A stretch of DNA of 64,000 bases from Ylistrum balloti (GCF_031769215.1 NW_026782625.1:1-64000), one strand, 5' to 3'; numbered from the stretch's first letter, positions 38,621-53,163 are shown. Numbers and translations are program-made. The notes: a model not told the origin generated them from the letters alone.

Positions 38621-39248
38621 TGTTCTTTCACAAAAAAAATATAAATACTGTTTCGTTACCTTGTAATTTGGTAATCTTTCTTTTGTTCATATTTTCCCAT
38701 AGTCTTGTTTAATTTGAGTTCGGATATTGATTATGTTGACATGCTGATGTTTTTTGTTTATTCGAACTGTCACATTCATGACATCAAACATACATTTAAA
38801 AAATACCCTCTTTGCAGCTCAAAAATGAAGTACAGCAATATGTCTATGTATGTTCTTATTGAAATTCCTCAGTGCGATTTATCTTAGTGTCCATGTCACA
38901 TTGATTTGATATTTTATATATTTTGTATTTCAATTTGGGTTATTATTGGAGTGTCGTATATTTTTTACTACTTCAGAAATAAAACTTTACGCAATGATCA
39001 ACTGTTTTCTACATTTAGGAGTCTTAGATAATGGAGTTTCCGTTGTTTATGAATTAACAAAAGTGATTGGCCTAAAAATGTATCGTTTAATTCGTGCAAT
39101 TATCTAAAGTTGAAAAAAATACAAAACAACAGTAAAACACTTACACTAGAAACCACCAACAGAGTTTCAAGTAAAGACCACCACATGTGAGCAGCAACTT
39201 TATACCTAGATGTAAACACAGACACGTGAATATAATGCGACAACTTAC

Positions 39249-39458
39249 GACTACGTCTGTATGTGATGTTGATCGTCTGTATCCGGTAAATCTGTCCCAG
39301 GTCAACCTTCCACCAGGCTTGTTGGTGACCTGAACCTGTGTGGGAACAGTGTCCATCCGATACATCAACTCCGAGGACTCCATCAACGGCTCTATCGGCA
39401 GAATATTCAGCGATGTACGTTGAGCTTTGTGTAGCGGTTTGTTTTAAAGCCAAATCTT
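39249..39458 (-). CDS. Gene B FTP1 first half (DLALKQTATQSST...AVDG...CSHT...AWWKVDLG...ITYRRS)
   Basis: 210 nt, ttcag/gtaagt; F-type lectin motifs ALxK..QSS, AVDG, CSHT, WWxVDLG. Confidence 0.93.
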
Positions 39459-39704
39459 CTGAAATATAGTATATTGATAACATTATTTATAAGTACAGAA
39501 CAATATCATAAAAGGTATTATTGAGAAGGAGAAATACGTGATTACCGAGGGGAAGCAAAGGTATGTTAATACTGACAATGAATCTGTTATGTGTTCAACT
39601 TCTTGTATTTTCCTGGTGAAGAAAGCAAACTGGCATATTGCTTCCGAGGAGTGTATTGTGGTAAGTTATAATTCGAGGAGGAAAACTGAAATGTAAATAC
39701 CTGT

Positions 39705-40105
39705 GGGATGAGACTGTTATGTAACTACTTAAGTTTGGAGACTCATATGTTACTACTGAAAAGGGGGTTCTGATATGTTAAAACTGAGGTAAGGAAATCG
39801 GTAGATTACTACCGAATTGAGCATTCCGGTTTGTTACTACTGAGGAAAGCGGACAAGTATGTTATTACTGTGGCAGGGCAGGGAGACTGGAATGTTACTA
39901 CTAAGGAAATGAGACAAGTCTGTAACTGCAGAGGTTCCGAGACTGGTTTATCACTACCGAGGAATGAGACCAGTATGTTACTAGTGAGGCTCTCGGAGAC
40001 TTATTTGTTATTACTGGTGAAGGGAGACTAATAAGTATCAATGAGGTTTGGAGACTGGTATGTTTCTATTGAGGAAAACTGGTATGTTACATATGTACTA
40101 CTGAA
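39705..40105 (+). repeat. Degenerate 27-30 bp minisatellite (GAGACTGGTATGTTACTACTGAGG-like) in intron 1; also at 55-250
   Basis: Recurrent GAGACTG..TGTTACTACTGA motifs. Confidence 0.75.
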
Positions 40106-40235
40106 TTAAAGAGGTATGTAACATGTAAAGGAAAGTTTACAATTAAAGATGCGATAAGTGAGGTTTGCTGAGATTAGACATTAGAGCTACGACAATGATC
40201 ATCAGCCATACCTACGTGTATATACATTTACTTAC

Positions 40236-40317
40236 TTGAAGCGCCAACAATGTATGGTCCAGAGCAAAGCAGAAAAAATATTAAATATCCACTTGTATCT
40301 ATATTGACCAGTTCCAT
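40236..40317 (-). CDS. Gene B exon 1, signal peptide MELVNIDTSGYLIFFLLCSGPYIVGAS
   Basis: ATG, hydrophobic core, small residues at the end, phase-1 gtaagt donor matching the phase-1 FTP exon downstream. Confidence 0.82.
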
Positions 40318-43300
40318 TACGTTCTTCAGGTAACCAGATAGTTATGACATAGACTCGTAACAACGTAACTTTTTCACACAAGGAAGTTTTATTTCTCACA
40401 ATGCCTTTCATATAGTGACCAGGAAGACTACGTTATCAGTCAGGTACCCTTATCACATGTTTACACATTCAGAGCAATCAATTGCCATTTTGTACATATT
40501 ACTGTAGTCCTGTTTGTAGATAGTTTCACCGTTATCTCTGTTCGTGCTTTTAATATCGCACAGTATACAACGATATATCATTTAACAAGTGTTAATGTCG
40601 GTAGATAGGTCTACTGATTGTAATATACGGTTACGTCAACATAGAAACTGTATATGATGTAGTTAAAATGCAGATTGCTGCTAATTATCATACATTGTAA
40701 ATGTTTGAATGTGTCAAACGGGAGATTCTGCTAGATATATATGAAACATGATAATGCCACGTTTTCAATAGAGGATTACTTATAATAAGGTGCAGTCTTT
40801 CATTTCATAATTATTTTTGTTTTTATTTCAATTTCCAAAGGAAAGTTTTTCAAACGTCATGTTAAAGAATGGAAACAGTATGCGCGATTTTTTGCATAAA
40901 CGTACTATGTTTCTATATGCTAAAATATGCATTGATTCTGATACCTATTCGCTGTGTCAAATATCAGAAGTACATGTAAATATATTATACATGTAAAAAC
41001 TGTACCTAGTTTGTGCCAATCCTATCGTTACAATATTACAATCTTCATGATAATGTTAATGTTTTTATTCAAATTATTCACTCATCTATCTATCCTTTGA
41101 ACTATTTATAAGTTTTCTTTCCAAGTTTCACATCAAAGAACTTCTTTTTATACTACAACATGATTGGACACAAATAAGAAAATTGACATTTTTTATTATT
41201 TGCTTTTCTCGTAATAAAACCAAAAACTGATCAAAAGGAAAGTAGGTAGACTTTATTAAAGGAGAGATTGCAAAAAAATATTGGAAAAAAATCAAACGTA
41301 GCTACACAACCGACGTTTGACGGACAGCAGACAAAAGATTATTCAACAATAATTTATCGCCTTTTGAAAATTCTATCTTTGTTCGGGAAGTTCTTTTTAT
41401 CACGAAAAGTCTCTTCAATTGTCAAGTATTTCCTTCGATATCAAGCAAACTGTGATTGTCAGTTACAAGTTAAGCAAATATAACTGAAAGATAAAAGTAT
41501 CAAGGTTTAAATCTCCAAACTGTCGGAATAAAACTTAAACATTTCTAGACGTAATATTTTAGTCGAACAATTTATTATTCTAGCGGTGTGGATTATAGTA
41601 TTTGCACACCTTTGACTCAGAGGCGACGCCTCAATATGGGTTGCCCACATATGTACAAGTTACAGTGTTATCTCCCTTCAGTACTCTAGTTCAGGTGTAA
41701 CCGATAAAGTATTCAGACTGTCCGGGTAAATTACTCGTTCATCTAATTTCACTGCAATTATCATCCAATAACTTTATTTAATTGTGCATCTTTCATCCCA
41801 ATCTCTGTCTATTTATTTCAACGCAGTCAAATAAGTCCTCACGAAACATACTAAGAATCTTCCATACCTTGTTCGACACATACAGTACTATCTCAATTAA
41901 TCTATTTTCATAATGCATGAGTATTATGACAGTAAACATGATACTTTTTATCATATATTTGGTCTCAAGAAATTATGACGAACCCGTAAGTTGTACAACA
42001 CACAAACACACAATTCAAAGTAACGACAGTGTGCCTACGCCACCCCTTTCTATACAAATGGAGACATATCATAATAATTGGAACAAATACACAAGTACAA
42101 AAATATATTCTTCTAACGAGCAGAAGCACGTGTATTTCTATCTGCAGTTATCATAACTGGAGGCAATATGAATAAGTATTTAGTACTGGTGACAGCATTC
42201 TTCTGAAAAAGTTGCACTTAGAGTTAAGGGGAGATTTTTAAGGAAGTTAACACATGTTAAATGTACAAACAAAATTAATGAATTTTACATTATGCGTTCA
42301 AATCTCAAGAAGAAACATAACGCATATGTAACGTATCAATGAACCATGTGGTCATGCTGAAGCAGTTTGTTAGCTGATATATTTCTTCAAATTGGTGTTT
42401 ACACATTTCCTCTTTGTCATGACTGGGGACATTGTTGTAAAATAGAAAATCGGAAGACGGATAACCTATACCAATCCAAAATCTAGCTTCAAGGTCATGT
42501 TTCCCCTTACCCACCTACCCCTCTGATTTCGTACCCTGATACGGATATAAAGTGTATATTGGTATTTTTGCCTTGATAGCACTTGAAACAAATATGTTTT
42601 GTGTTATTTATATGTACACATATATAACACCTAATCAGTAAACTAAGGGAATGGACCGAGATGATTTAATTGATGAATTCAATACTTGGGTATATTGCAT
42701 GTTTATGAAGAAAAATGGGAACTCGTGATTGTTTTATATCTTCGAGAAAACAGTATTTCGGTGATATGAATTAGCATCTCATACAAATGTATTGCAAATG
42801 ATATAAAATATTTTAATTACCAGCGTATTATAAGGAATGCACAATGACGTCAATTTGTCATGATGATATATATTTACATAATATAACATACATAGAAGAT
42901 ATTTAATAGTGTCTTCAGTAAGGACGAGTATATATCACAAGTGTGTCTAATATTTTTTAATCTTTCTCGAATGTGCAGCACTGAAAGTGCTATTAAATAT
43001 TATATTTATTACATTTTTATACGCTTAATAGCCACATCGCTGATATGTTAAGAACGGATATAAAACATCGAAGCTGACATAACTCACTCATTATAGCACA
43101 GTTCCCGACAAAATATTGTCTGTTTTTTTTTAATTATTACCAAATCAAATCTGTTGGGTATTAGACTTGATCTCTGATAAATCCGGAAATTAACGTTTAC
43201 CTTGGAATTGAAGGTTGTGTCAAAAGTAAACAACACCTTCAGATGTCTAGCTTTGTTTTTTGTAACGAGCTTTATAATTTGTCAACTTTATCAGATAACT

Positions 43301-46300
43301 GGCGTTTTCTCTTTCATTGGCGTAAGTCTGCAATCTTATTGGTTTTTTGTTAGTTTTCACTTTTAACACTTTTATCAATGAGATATTTTTTCTATATTTC
43401 ACAGGCAAAACTCTAATAAATTATGCCTTAAATTAAAACAGTAGACGCCAACGTTGGAGTTATATTGTAAATAGTTTTCACTGATACTTTCTGTATTTTT
43501 TATCGTAAACCGCGGTATACAACTTAGGGATACAGGAATTCTGGCACGACATACGTTAAATAATGCTACCAAACTATTGAAATATAAGGTTTAGACCTCG
43601 AGAGATTTCGAAAATATTGGTTGCAATTTACGTGCCATTGTGTGGTGTAACCCAAAAGTTATCAAATATTGCCCAGGCAACCCTTCCTAAACCTGCAAAC
43701 CGACTTGAATGAAACATCGTAAGAATATTGAGTACTATAATTATGTAGAAGTAAATGCATATTTCTTTTGCAAAATTCGATTGGCCATTTAAGTCTGGTC
43801 AGCATATTAGAGGGATTTCTATGAAGGACTATAATTGCTCTTTTTACTTTCGTTGATATTTAAATTTTGTCAACATTAAGAATTGAAACTCACTGGAAGC
43901 TTGTGACCAGTGAAAATTTAAAATATTGTCCGATGATCTCTTAGCATGCATCAATTTACTTTTTATCGTATTTTTCACATTTTTCTTATCTTTTACATCT
44001 TAACCGTGCCTATTTCTTTCATATCTTAAAGAAATAATCAATAGGTTGAGCTTTTTAACGGTGTCTTATCAAAATATCAAAGACATGTTTTTCTAGTGGT
44101 CAAGAAAATTGACTTATTCGTTTGTTAATAACATACCATTACAAGTATTTGAAACACTCTTTCTACGTTTTCTTACATACATATGTTTGAAGTTCGGATC
44201 AGACAGATATATTTTGACAATTATTTCGATCAGTTATGACTTCTCTAAGAGACATCCTATATGTCACTTTACAGTACAGCTAACATATCCTATTTACATT
44301 TTTTTAGAAACTCATTTAATGCGAACGGAGAGGGGTTATTTTAGTCTAGCCCGTAGTTCCGAGGTATAATCAATGATTGATTTTCCTTTCCTTAGGGTCA
44401 AGTTGGCAAATACCGATAATGGGTTTCTTGTTTATGTGATATTAATTATCATTTCAAGCTGTTGAAAGGACTTTAGATAAGTCTACTTACAAATACCTAC
44501 AACTTTCACTACAATATTAAGCTTCCCAAAACTATAATAATATAATCTCCCCTTAAAATGCCCTTACTTAGAGCCTCGTATTTTTTTATGAACCTACAAA
44601 CTATGGTATTTTGAAAAGAATTCTTTCTGCAGCTGTCACTGAGTGACTGTAGAATTGTTAAACCCCCTTATTTGACAAAAATTTAATTTTGGAAAATTGA
44701 CACATCGAATAAATAAATTTACTTAACAAATGCATGACAACATGCTTATACAGGAACTCGGTGACATTTACTCATCAGCAAATCTACATATAAAGTGTAA
44801 ATTGTACTACAGATCATTCATGTTCTCACATTTTGTTGAGTAGATGTGTAAATAAAATAAAAATAAAATGAAATAAAAGGATTTTGATGGGAAACAAACA
44901 CTAACCAAGGAAAATATTTTCATAAAAGTACTGACTAAATTTTGGACAAAAAAATAACCTGGACACGGAAAAGACTGCTAACATAAAACAGTCACGAGTT
45001 TATTGAGCTACTAATACTTCCTATGCACGGGACACACATATAAACATACAGATAATCACTTACGTTTAACTCTAAGCATCATTAGATTGTGCGGGAATAG
45101 AACGAACATCAGCTGTACGGTCTAGGAGACATACTATTTTTCATAACAGAATGCAGATACGGTGAAGACATATTTCCTGCCGCCAATCCGTAACATATAG
45201 AGCAATATATTGGGAATGCCATCAGAATATTCATTTATCCAAGTCAAATGTATGTGTGGTTAAATTCTATATCATATCATGTTAACTGTTTGGTGTTAGT
45301 CTAGAAATACAAAACACCTAAGAATTTATTAAGTTTAAGAGCTCTGGTAAAATAAATAAAATCCTTCATGCACATACACATATCTACAAACAATTTCAAT
45401 TCATTTAGATTGAAACATATACATCAACTTTCGCCGTCCACGAATGTAACGGCCTGATTTCCACATTTATTTTGCGTGTTTCAGTCAATCCTTGTACAAA
45501 ACAAAACCGATTCAACAAATAACAAATAACAAATATTTTGATGGAAGTTGAACAATTTAATAAAGATAATGGATGATACATCTATCACCTGCACAACTAT
45601 CATACATAGATGAGTGAGTAATTTGCTTTGACAGTCTAAAACACTAGTTGAATACTCTTTATGGAATACTGCAGAACTAGAGCACTAAAGAGAGATAACA
45701 CTGTCATTTTTACCATCTCTGACTCCGTAGATAGTTGCTCGATAACATTTTTTCGAAGTTCTGTCGTTACTTGCTCACAACGGCTTAGTGATTAAGGACC
45801 ATGACTAAACGAATGCACGATTCTTTCATACTAGTGACGAATAAGAGCATCTTATTATCGGACATAAATAGTTCTAATACAGAAACTGCTAGGCAAATTT
45901 CCCTTTTACAGAATGACAAATAATATTTCACTTTTTAATCGAATCAATTATCTTTCATTTGTGACAAATGCTAACTATTAAATCGCTATGATATGAAAAA
46001 TACAATGTTGGAATCGTGTTAATCAGTGCACAGGTAAATACACGTATTAAATTCGGAGTAGCACCTGACATATATAGGCGAGCATAGTAAAACATGTTTC
46101 AAAATAAATACATATATGTACGTTTTCATGATAACCCAAAGCGTCATACAAACCACCGACAAACATCCACACGTCTTTTTTGTTTTAAGGACGATAATTA
46201 ACATACAGATAAACTTATATTGCCAAGATAATTATTAAGACGAATTTCTATAGAAGCTAATTCACTTTCAAGAGGAAATTCGACATTTCCCATTCAAGTT

Positions 46301-48444
46301 GCTGGTATATCACGAATCAGTAATGGAACTTACGATACCATTCCTCAGAAATTATTGTTTTTACCTGGCATATTTAAAAAGATAATTAAATTGTATCTAA
46401 TGTTTCATAATATAAATACTATTGTTTTATCATTATTGACCATATTCAGTGGAACTGCACGGTAAAATTCGGTGAAGGATAGCTGGCAGCTTAAACAACA
46501 GCATGTTAGATACTCGTGAAAAAGAGTTTAGAAGTAAGGATAGGCTGGAAGGTTATAAGTTGATTTAAATCTGATGCGAGTAAATCATATATCAGTTTTT
46601 TGCCTTTGTTTATCTGATCAATTGTATATTAACTTATTTAATCAGGATTTGTCTCCCTTTTGCCGTTGTGCATATGCTACAATTCAATGTTAAACACAAG
46701 CAGATAAAGTCTATTCGATTTCATTGTCAACTTTGATCAACTTTGATGGATTTTGTTCTTCACATATTAGTTTCTTCACACATCAAACAAGGCTGCCGGA
46801 TGCATTGATATCACCAAATATAATACATAGACACCATGTGTGAAGGTCGGAAACAGTATATGAAGATATACACATGTGCATAATGGAACAAAGTGACAGT
46901 ACAATTGTAATACTTTACTCTTTAAAATTCCTTCTTTGTGATGAGAAGTGGAAGCGTTAATTATTGTTTTGTATGCCCCACATAATAGTAAGTTGTGGAC
47001 AATTTAGCGTTTGATGATATTGTGATTGAGAATTCGACGTGTTTTAAATAGCACAACAAATACAACAAATTTTCTATGTGATCAGCCTTTCACAATAGAT
47101 TTGCTTAAACGTTTACGGAGAACAGGCTGTGAACTTCCGTCCTATAGATAGGTTAAAAAAATAATCTAGAACTACAAATTAACCCTTACAGCGAGCATGT
47201 AGAATGGAAAAATAACTATAAGATTAAAAAAACTTAATTAATGTAATACATAAAGTCATTGATAATCCGAAACTCATTCTGCTTAAACGTGTAAAGAAAG
47301 TTGAAAAATTGAATTTGGTTTCATGTAAGTAAAATTCACACAAGAGCACGCTAATCGAGAAAACGTGTTCATAAGTAGCTAATCCAGTCAATAGCACGGA
47401 TTTTCATCGCTAATAAAACCAAGTCTATTGTATTTAATGTGGCGTCACATATATTGATATATAGACGAATGTCTTTAGTTTGAGAAAAAAAACTCACATA
47501 ATAGTTCTTTGATGACTCAAAGATCTGAAAGCATCTCAATAGAGATCACATAACATTGATCACTTTGCGTTCGTTCTAATATCTTCATATTTGAAACATT
47601 AATACATACTGATTGAAGTCAACATCAGATGTTTAGCTTCTTTGCGCTGAAGTGTTGTTAAAGAACTATTTATTCATTGTACCCTGACTTCTGTTTGTGG
47701 ATATTCTACAAAAGAAATATACCATTCGCCGCCATTCATATATTCTTGTTATTAAATTGCCAGTTTTTCATCATCAAAGCAGTCACTTTTTCTTCCCTAC
47801 TTCTGGATGGTATCGTAGATATTTCTTACATTATCAACTTTTGACAAATCTAATCCTTCATAGTTGCGACGGTCATCGGTGATATCTTCAAAAAGAAAAG
47901 AAAATATGAACATATTACATGTTAAGTCTTCTTTTATAATGGGATGTTTGAGTTCCCGGTGTTCTGTTTCCCGTTATAAGTCCATATCTCGTGTATTATG
48001 CAAAAATATCGATGTGTGGCAGGATATCGGGCTTTTTAAGCATATATACATCACTTGTATCAAATTATTAAAAATGGGATTGTCATCAAGAAGATCGACC
48101 CCTTGACCAAGGAATGTGACAGGAAAATCGGATGACTGGATATTATTAATACAGACGTTTAAGTAGGCCTACCCAGATGCTAATGATTGTTGTGGACAAA
48201 TATCAATTTTGGTATTGTTTACAAAAGTCTGCAAGATTCATATGAGTGTAAGCTGATATACAGGTCACCTGACTAGTCTCTTCTAGCGAGTCAAGCGGTA
48301 CTAAGTACATGCACTGACTTAAAAAAATGTAGATATTGTTTAGATCGAAGTCCGTGGTATTAATATGATTGTCCGCCTGAAGAGCTAAGGGATGGTCGTT
48401 AGATCTCAAGCAGTGTTAGAACCTTTTCATTACTTTTGTACCTA

Positions 48445-48492
48445 CTAGTGTATGACAAGAAACCGCGACTGAAGCAGATCTGACACTTGCAT
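48445..48492 (-). CDS. Candidate terminal coding segment of gene A (MQVSDLLQSRFLVIH* in phase 0; frame unresolved)
   Basis: Paralog of 6731-6775; ends in TAG TAG in both copies. Confidence 0.35.
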   Translation of the reverse strand: MQVSDLLQSRFLVIH

Positions 48493-48765
48493 CTGATAAA
48501 ATGAAAATAAGACCCGTGTCTTTAAATATCTAGCTAGGTCGTGATGATTATACCAATATGGTTTATATCTTTTTGAATCATACAATACTCTTAAAGTCTC
48601 AATGAATCATAATATTTCACAACAATTGCGAAACAAGTCGTTTTCTAACTTGTTTATCACTCTTGTTGGCCCAGATGGATGGATAAAAATCTGATTGCCA
48701 GTCTATCAGTCATCGCTATGTTTTATAAAACAATGAATATTGACTGATGCTGTGTTTTAACTCAC

Positions 48766-48821
48766 TATTCGTCTGCATCTCAAAGACTGTCGACGGGATC
48801 GAAGGTGTTTTAATCTTCTTT
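48766..48821 (-). CDS. Gene A cytoplasmic exon (KKIKTPSIPSTVFEMQTN)
   Basis: 56 nt, ttcag/gtgagt. Confidence 0.82.
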
Positions 48822-49014
48822 CTGAAATACATTAATCCAGCTAGTGTTGAATCATCTGCCTATCAATGAATTCAGAATAGGTATCGTTACCTAAATTTAA
48901 CTAATATACTCACGTATCAATATTGTGATATTATCAACCTTTACTCAAAAATATATATTCAGTCTTTAACGTTTGAATTACAGAGTGTGAAAATGTTTAG
49001 TTAGAGATACTTAC

Positions 49015-49109
49015 GATTTCCTGAGACAAACAACTAATCCAATATTACAGCTAACGGAAATGGCCAGAAAAGTGCCAAGAAGTGCGTAACCAGTTACAAC
49101 TCTGGTGTT
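49015..49109 (-). CDS. Gene A transmembrane exon (NTRVVTGYALLGTFLAISVSCNIGLVVCLRK)
   Basis: 95 nt; differs from gene B only by frame-preserving indels (+9, -3) and substitutions. Confidence 0.85.
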
Positions 49110-49294
49110 CTGAAATATATCTATTGTACCTTATTATTGCAGTTTTACATTTAGGGGGTCATGCGTTACTAAAGTAAGATAATCAAAATGCAAATGTACA
49201 TACATTCAAATAATACATATAATCTTCATTTTAAAATGTGGTTTTGACCTTATCAGTGAACAATTTAAACTAAAACTGAACGTGATGTGCTTAC

Positions 49295-49350
49295 TATTCC
49301 GTTATCTCCAAGTCCATTTTCCACTTGTTTGTTGTTAGATGTGGCGTTCT
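49295..49350 (-). CDS. Gene A linker exon (ENATSNNKQVENGLGDNGI)
   Basis: 56 nt, ctag/gtaagc; paralog of 8496-8551. Confidence 0.8.
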
Positions 49351-49498
49351 CTAGTTACAAAAACAAAGTAAGACCGGTTTATTCAGGTATATAATACAAT
49401 CCTATACATTTTATTTAAAAAAAAAAACGAAATATGTTCGTTCAATACACATGTCTAAGCGGAATAAAGAAACGTATTTTTTACTTTATGAAGATTAC

Positions 49499-49634
49499 TT
49501 TTGATACATGACGTTCCTATCCATCCATCTGCACATCCGGGAGTTTCACATTTCCCGTCGATATAAAAAATACCCACCTTTGGCACAGTGGCATTCCAAT
49601 TGATATCCAACACATAAGTGAGTGGAGTTACCAG
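49499..49634 (-). pseudogene. Gene A dead EGF exon
   Basis: 136 nt with splice sites kept, a +1 frameshift in a T run and three Cys lost; CHC and CETPGCADGWIGTSC remain. Confidence 0.8.
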
Positions 49635-50692
49635 CTGCAAAAACAAAACGAAATTTTAAAAAAAAGACAGAAAAGAATTAAATGTATATTCAGACGATAT
49701 TATGTACGTTGCAATGTTTCTCAATGATCTTTTTAGTCATATATACAGAAAGGATCAATCTGATGATGTGGGCTAAACATACATACATTTCAACTGATGT
49801 GATCGAGTTTTGCACGTAGATTGTTTTCTCACATGCCGTAACAATGACCACTCTTTGAAATACTTTGAGAGAAAATACCCTTTTTTCTTAATATGACGCA
49901 AGAAGAAATAAATTTAGATAATTCCTCAATATCTTATTCAAGATCATATACACTCTTCACTAATTTATAAGTTATCATTGTATTATACAGTACAAATACA
50001 AAAATAATGTTTGATTTGGTCACATCCTAAGCGTGTCATATTATATTGTCAAAAGCCCCATTCTGGAATTACTAACCACTGATAGAAGAGGAATCTGACG
50101 TAGCCAATGTCAACATGAACAGAATGCTGACGTTAAAGCTTACATTATTAGTGTTTAGGAAAGTTTTAATTTAAAGGCACAAGGTGTCGCCGACCCGGCC
50201 GAAGCAATCACGGTACTGGTTTGCGGAGCGTAAGCCTAAAGGCAGGCACGCATTACGTTACGGCGATGTGTCAAAGCTTGGCTCAACGATGACATTTCGA
50301 TAGTGGCTGGTGTTGGAACTATCCAATAATGACTTATGTAACTTTCATTAGGATTTTTTTCGATATGTACTCACATTAACTGGGTAAATGATCTGTTTGG
50401 GGTTTTATTGCAAGCAGGAATGGTATGAGTAAAAGCAGGCAAGTTATCACACGTCTGTCTACAGAAACAATGGCATATTTTGTATAAAAATCGTTGAGAT
50501 TGGTCGTAACATCGGAATCAGGAAATGAAAACATGACATTTGTTTTCATTTGACAAAATGTAAATACTATTCTTTATTGTGACGTCGACGACAAAATGTT
50601 AACCGAAACAAAACATACTATATTCTGTTTTTCCTCCATTGCGTCAAGCTTGATGTAAACTAATGACATATAGGTCGATTACAAACCGATAC

Positions 50693-50816
50693 CTTGACCG
50701 CAATAACTTCCATCCCAACCTTCCGTACACCCAGGTATATAAAGGTATATCACAGTCCGATTTTAAACAATGATATTTTTTATTACAGTCTCTCCCAAAG
50801 ATATGGTTTACATACA
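50693..50816 (-). pseudogene. Gene A dead EGF exon
   Basis: Acceptor AG lost, Cys to Tyr changes, internal frameshifting deletion (about 11 nt); FGRDC and GCTEGW remnants still visible. Confidence 0.8.
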
Positions 50817-51313
50817 TTTTTGTCAAATCAACATATATTGTATAATCGAAAGTCGTTGCTTTTAGAATATTTTTTTCGTAATTCTGGACGTAATCAAGGA
50901 GATTCTTCACATATCGTCTCTTGTGTTTCGATTAATAACATCCCATCATATTCGCTACGAATTGAAAACAAATAACCTATCAACTGCGATGGGTATTAAT
51001 TCCAATTGATAATATCTTCAAATTGCTCAGGAAATAACATTTTCCAATTATTTATATTCTTCATCGAAGCGATATCTTTAAACATCATACATTGTTAGTT
51101 TATCAGTCAGCTCGCAGAACCTTGTCAAACTGCATTAAAAACAAATAGAAAATATCGACAAAACTCCAAAATTAATTAAAACTCCGATTCAATGAAGTAT
51201 TTTCAGGCTGTGCTGTAAATGGTAACATGAGCTGAGTGCACAATGTTGAGGCATTTGCTATATGTAGGAATGTGTTTTTATTAGGATGATTACACTGAAC
51301 GATACAAATATAC

Positions 51314-51448
51314 CTTGAATGCAATTACTACCCATCCAACCTTCCGTGCATCCAGGTAAGGTACATATTCCACTCCTTCTGTCACACACAGAGTTAGCGC
51401 AATGACAGGTCTGGTTACAATCTCGTCCGAATGTTTGGTTCATACACT
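51314..51448 (-). CDS. Gene A EGF exon 8 (CMNQTFGRDCNQTCHCANSVCDRRSGICTLPGCTEGWMGSNCIQ)
   Basis: 135 nt, 8 Cys, atag/gtat. Confidence 0.9.
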
Positions 51449-53163
51449 CTATAATACCATTTTAGATACAATTTAAGGAAAGTTAATCTATTTTAACACT
51501 TTAAGTTATATTTTATCAACATTATTGAAATGGCTTTAAGGTATATTTTGATGTCTGAATTCTGTCACCTGAAATGTAACTGCATTAGCCTTCAATACCG
51601 TAATCATAGAGGTACTAAATAACTTTATCGTCGCGTTTCGATATGTAAAATTCCATCACATGTACTGTTGGTAAGAATTTAGTCTGATGTAGACTTAATG
51701 TTATAATTCATACGAAGTTTTACTTATGAAATTGATTTTATGGGATATTACTTTTGTTCCTTTGACCATAAACAAAGAAATCCACGGGAATCAGACCTAC
51801 ATGTAAATAGTAGATGTATGTAGAGACTGGTGTGTGCTTGTGAAAACTTGAGTCTATTCAATGCTTTCAATTTAAAACTGTTTCCTCAAATAAAAAAAGT
51901 ATCGTCTTTCTACGAGATGCAAGAAAATGATATGCTCTGAAAACTTGAATACAGTATATTTTCAAAACTTGAATACAGTATATTTTTAAATTAAGTGTTC
52001 AGGTCAAAAGTGATGTACAGTTCAACATTATTGATAATGCCATTAACGAAGTTATCTGTTTAAGATATGTTCCGTTAACATGCATCATGCTGCTTTTTAC
52101 CAAATTGTTATTTCATTGATCTATTTAATGCATCGAGCATGGAGTTCTGTGAAAGTTTCGTGTCAATTTATGGTTTCGCAAATCAAAAACAAAACTTATA
52201 CACAATCGACTTTAACAGTATAAATATTCATAACAAACAATAACTTTTTTTTCAATTTCCGAATTAGATTTCCTACGGCCGTCTAAAAAGGCCGGGGCTA
52301 ATGATAGGCATTATTCATCTGCAAATCCGCCGTAAACTTTCTTGCCTGCAGATTGGTCTCAGTAGGCTTTCTCGCTTCCTTTACTATAACTCAAACAACG
52401 GGTTCTCATGAAATAATAATGTTGTAATTCTAGACATGCATTGTCATATATAGATATTGAAATGTGTTTGTTTTATTTGCGAAGTGACATCGATGACACG
52501 AACAGGTGAAGGTTTATTCCGTCGTATATGTTACTTATATAACGACAACGAAATACCTACATGATAACACATCAATTCATACTCTAATTCGATGCAAAAA
52601 CAACAAAGGGATAATCAACATGCCAACATAATTATGACCCAATCATTTGAACAGAACTCACAAAATAATACAAGGAAAATCAGACAAAGTTCTCTTACGG
52701 TGAAAAATCTGTATAGTTTCTCATTGCGCTATCATTAAAAACAATGATAGCCTATTTGATAGGTTGTTCATCTTGAACCAGAACGACTCTCATAACAGTT
52801 TCTAAGCAAGGTAAATATGATAACCATAGATAATGTCGTCTCACATCGTTCACGTAAAAATATATTTGATGATTAAGAATAGTTTCGTGGAAAGATGTTG
52901 AATTGTACCTGCATAAAATTGGATGAACTGAAATTATTATCATTGTTCTCATAACAATGGAACATTGGACACGTGTTTATATAAAAAGTATCTAGTGTAT
53001 GACATAATTTCATAGCTATTACGTTAGAATGTCATGTTATTAAACTAGCTATCCTGATTTCTACAGTAAGTATAGTATATAGATGTTGCTCCTTCTTCAA
53101 AGGAGATTGTCAGTTAGAATATGATGATAACGCTATGATTATCTTTTATCAGTCATTAATTAC

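Larger units (their letters stand above)
6731..40317 (-). other. Gene B: multi-exon type-I membrane protein, signal peptide-FTP-EGF2-FTP-(EGF-laminin-like)x10-TM-short tail (MEGF10/SCARF-like stalk with two F-type lectin domains)
   Basis: 18 exons with GT-AG boundaries join into one stop-free frame (82+210+234+237+219+261+10x135+56+89+56 nt); the final exon is uncertain. Confidence 0.88.

Noticed and set aside
42305-42514. 69-aa minus-strand ORF in the block unique to the gene B upstream region
   Set aside because: No recognisable motif, splice support or paralog.
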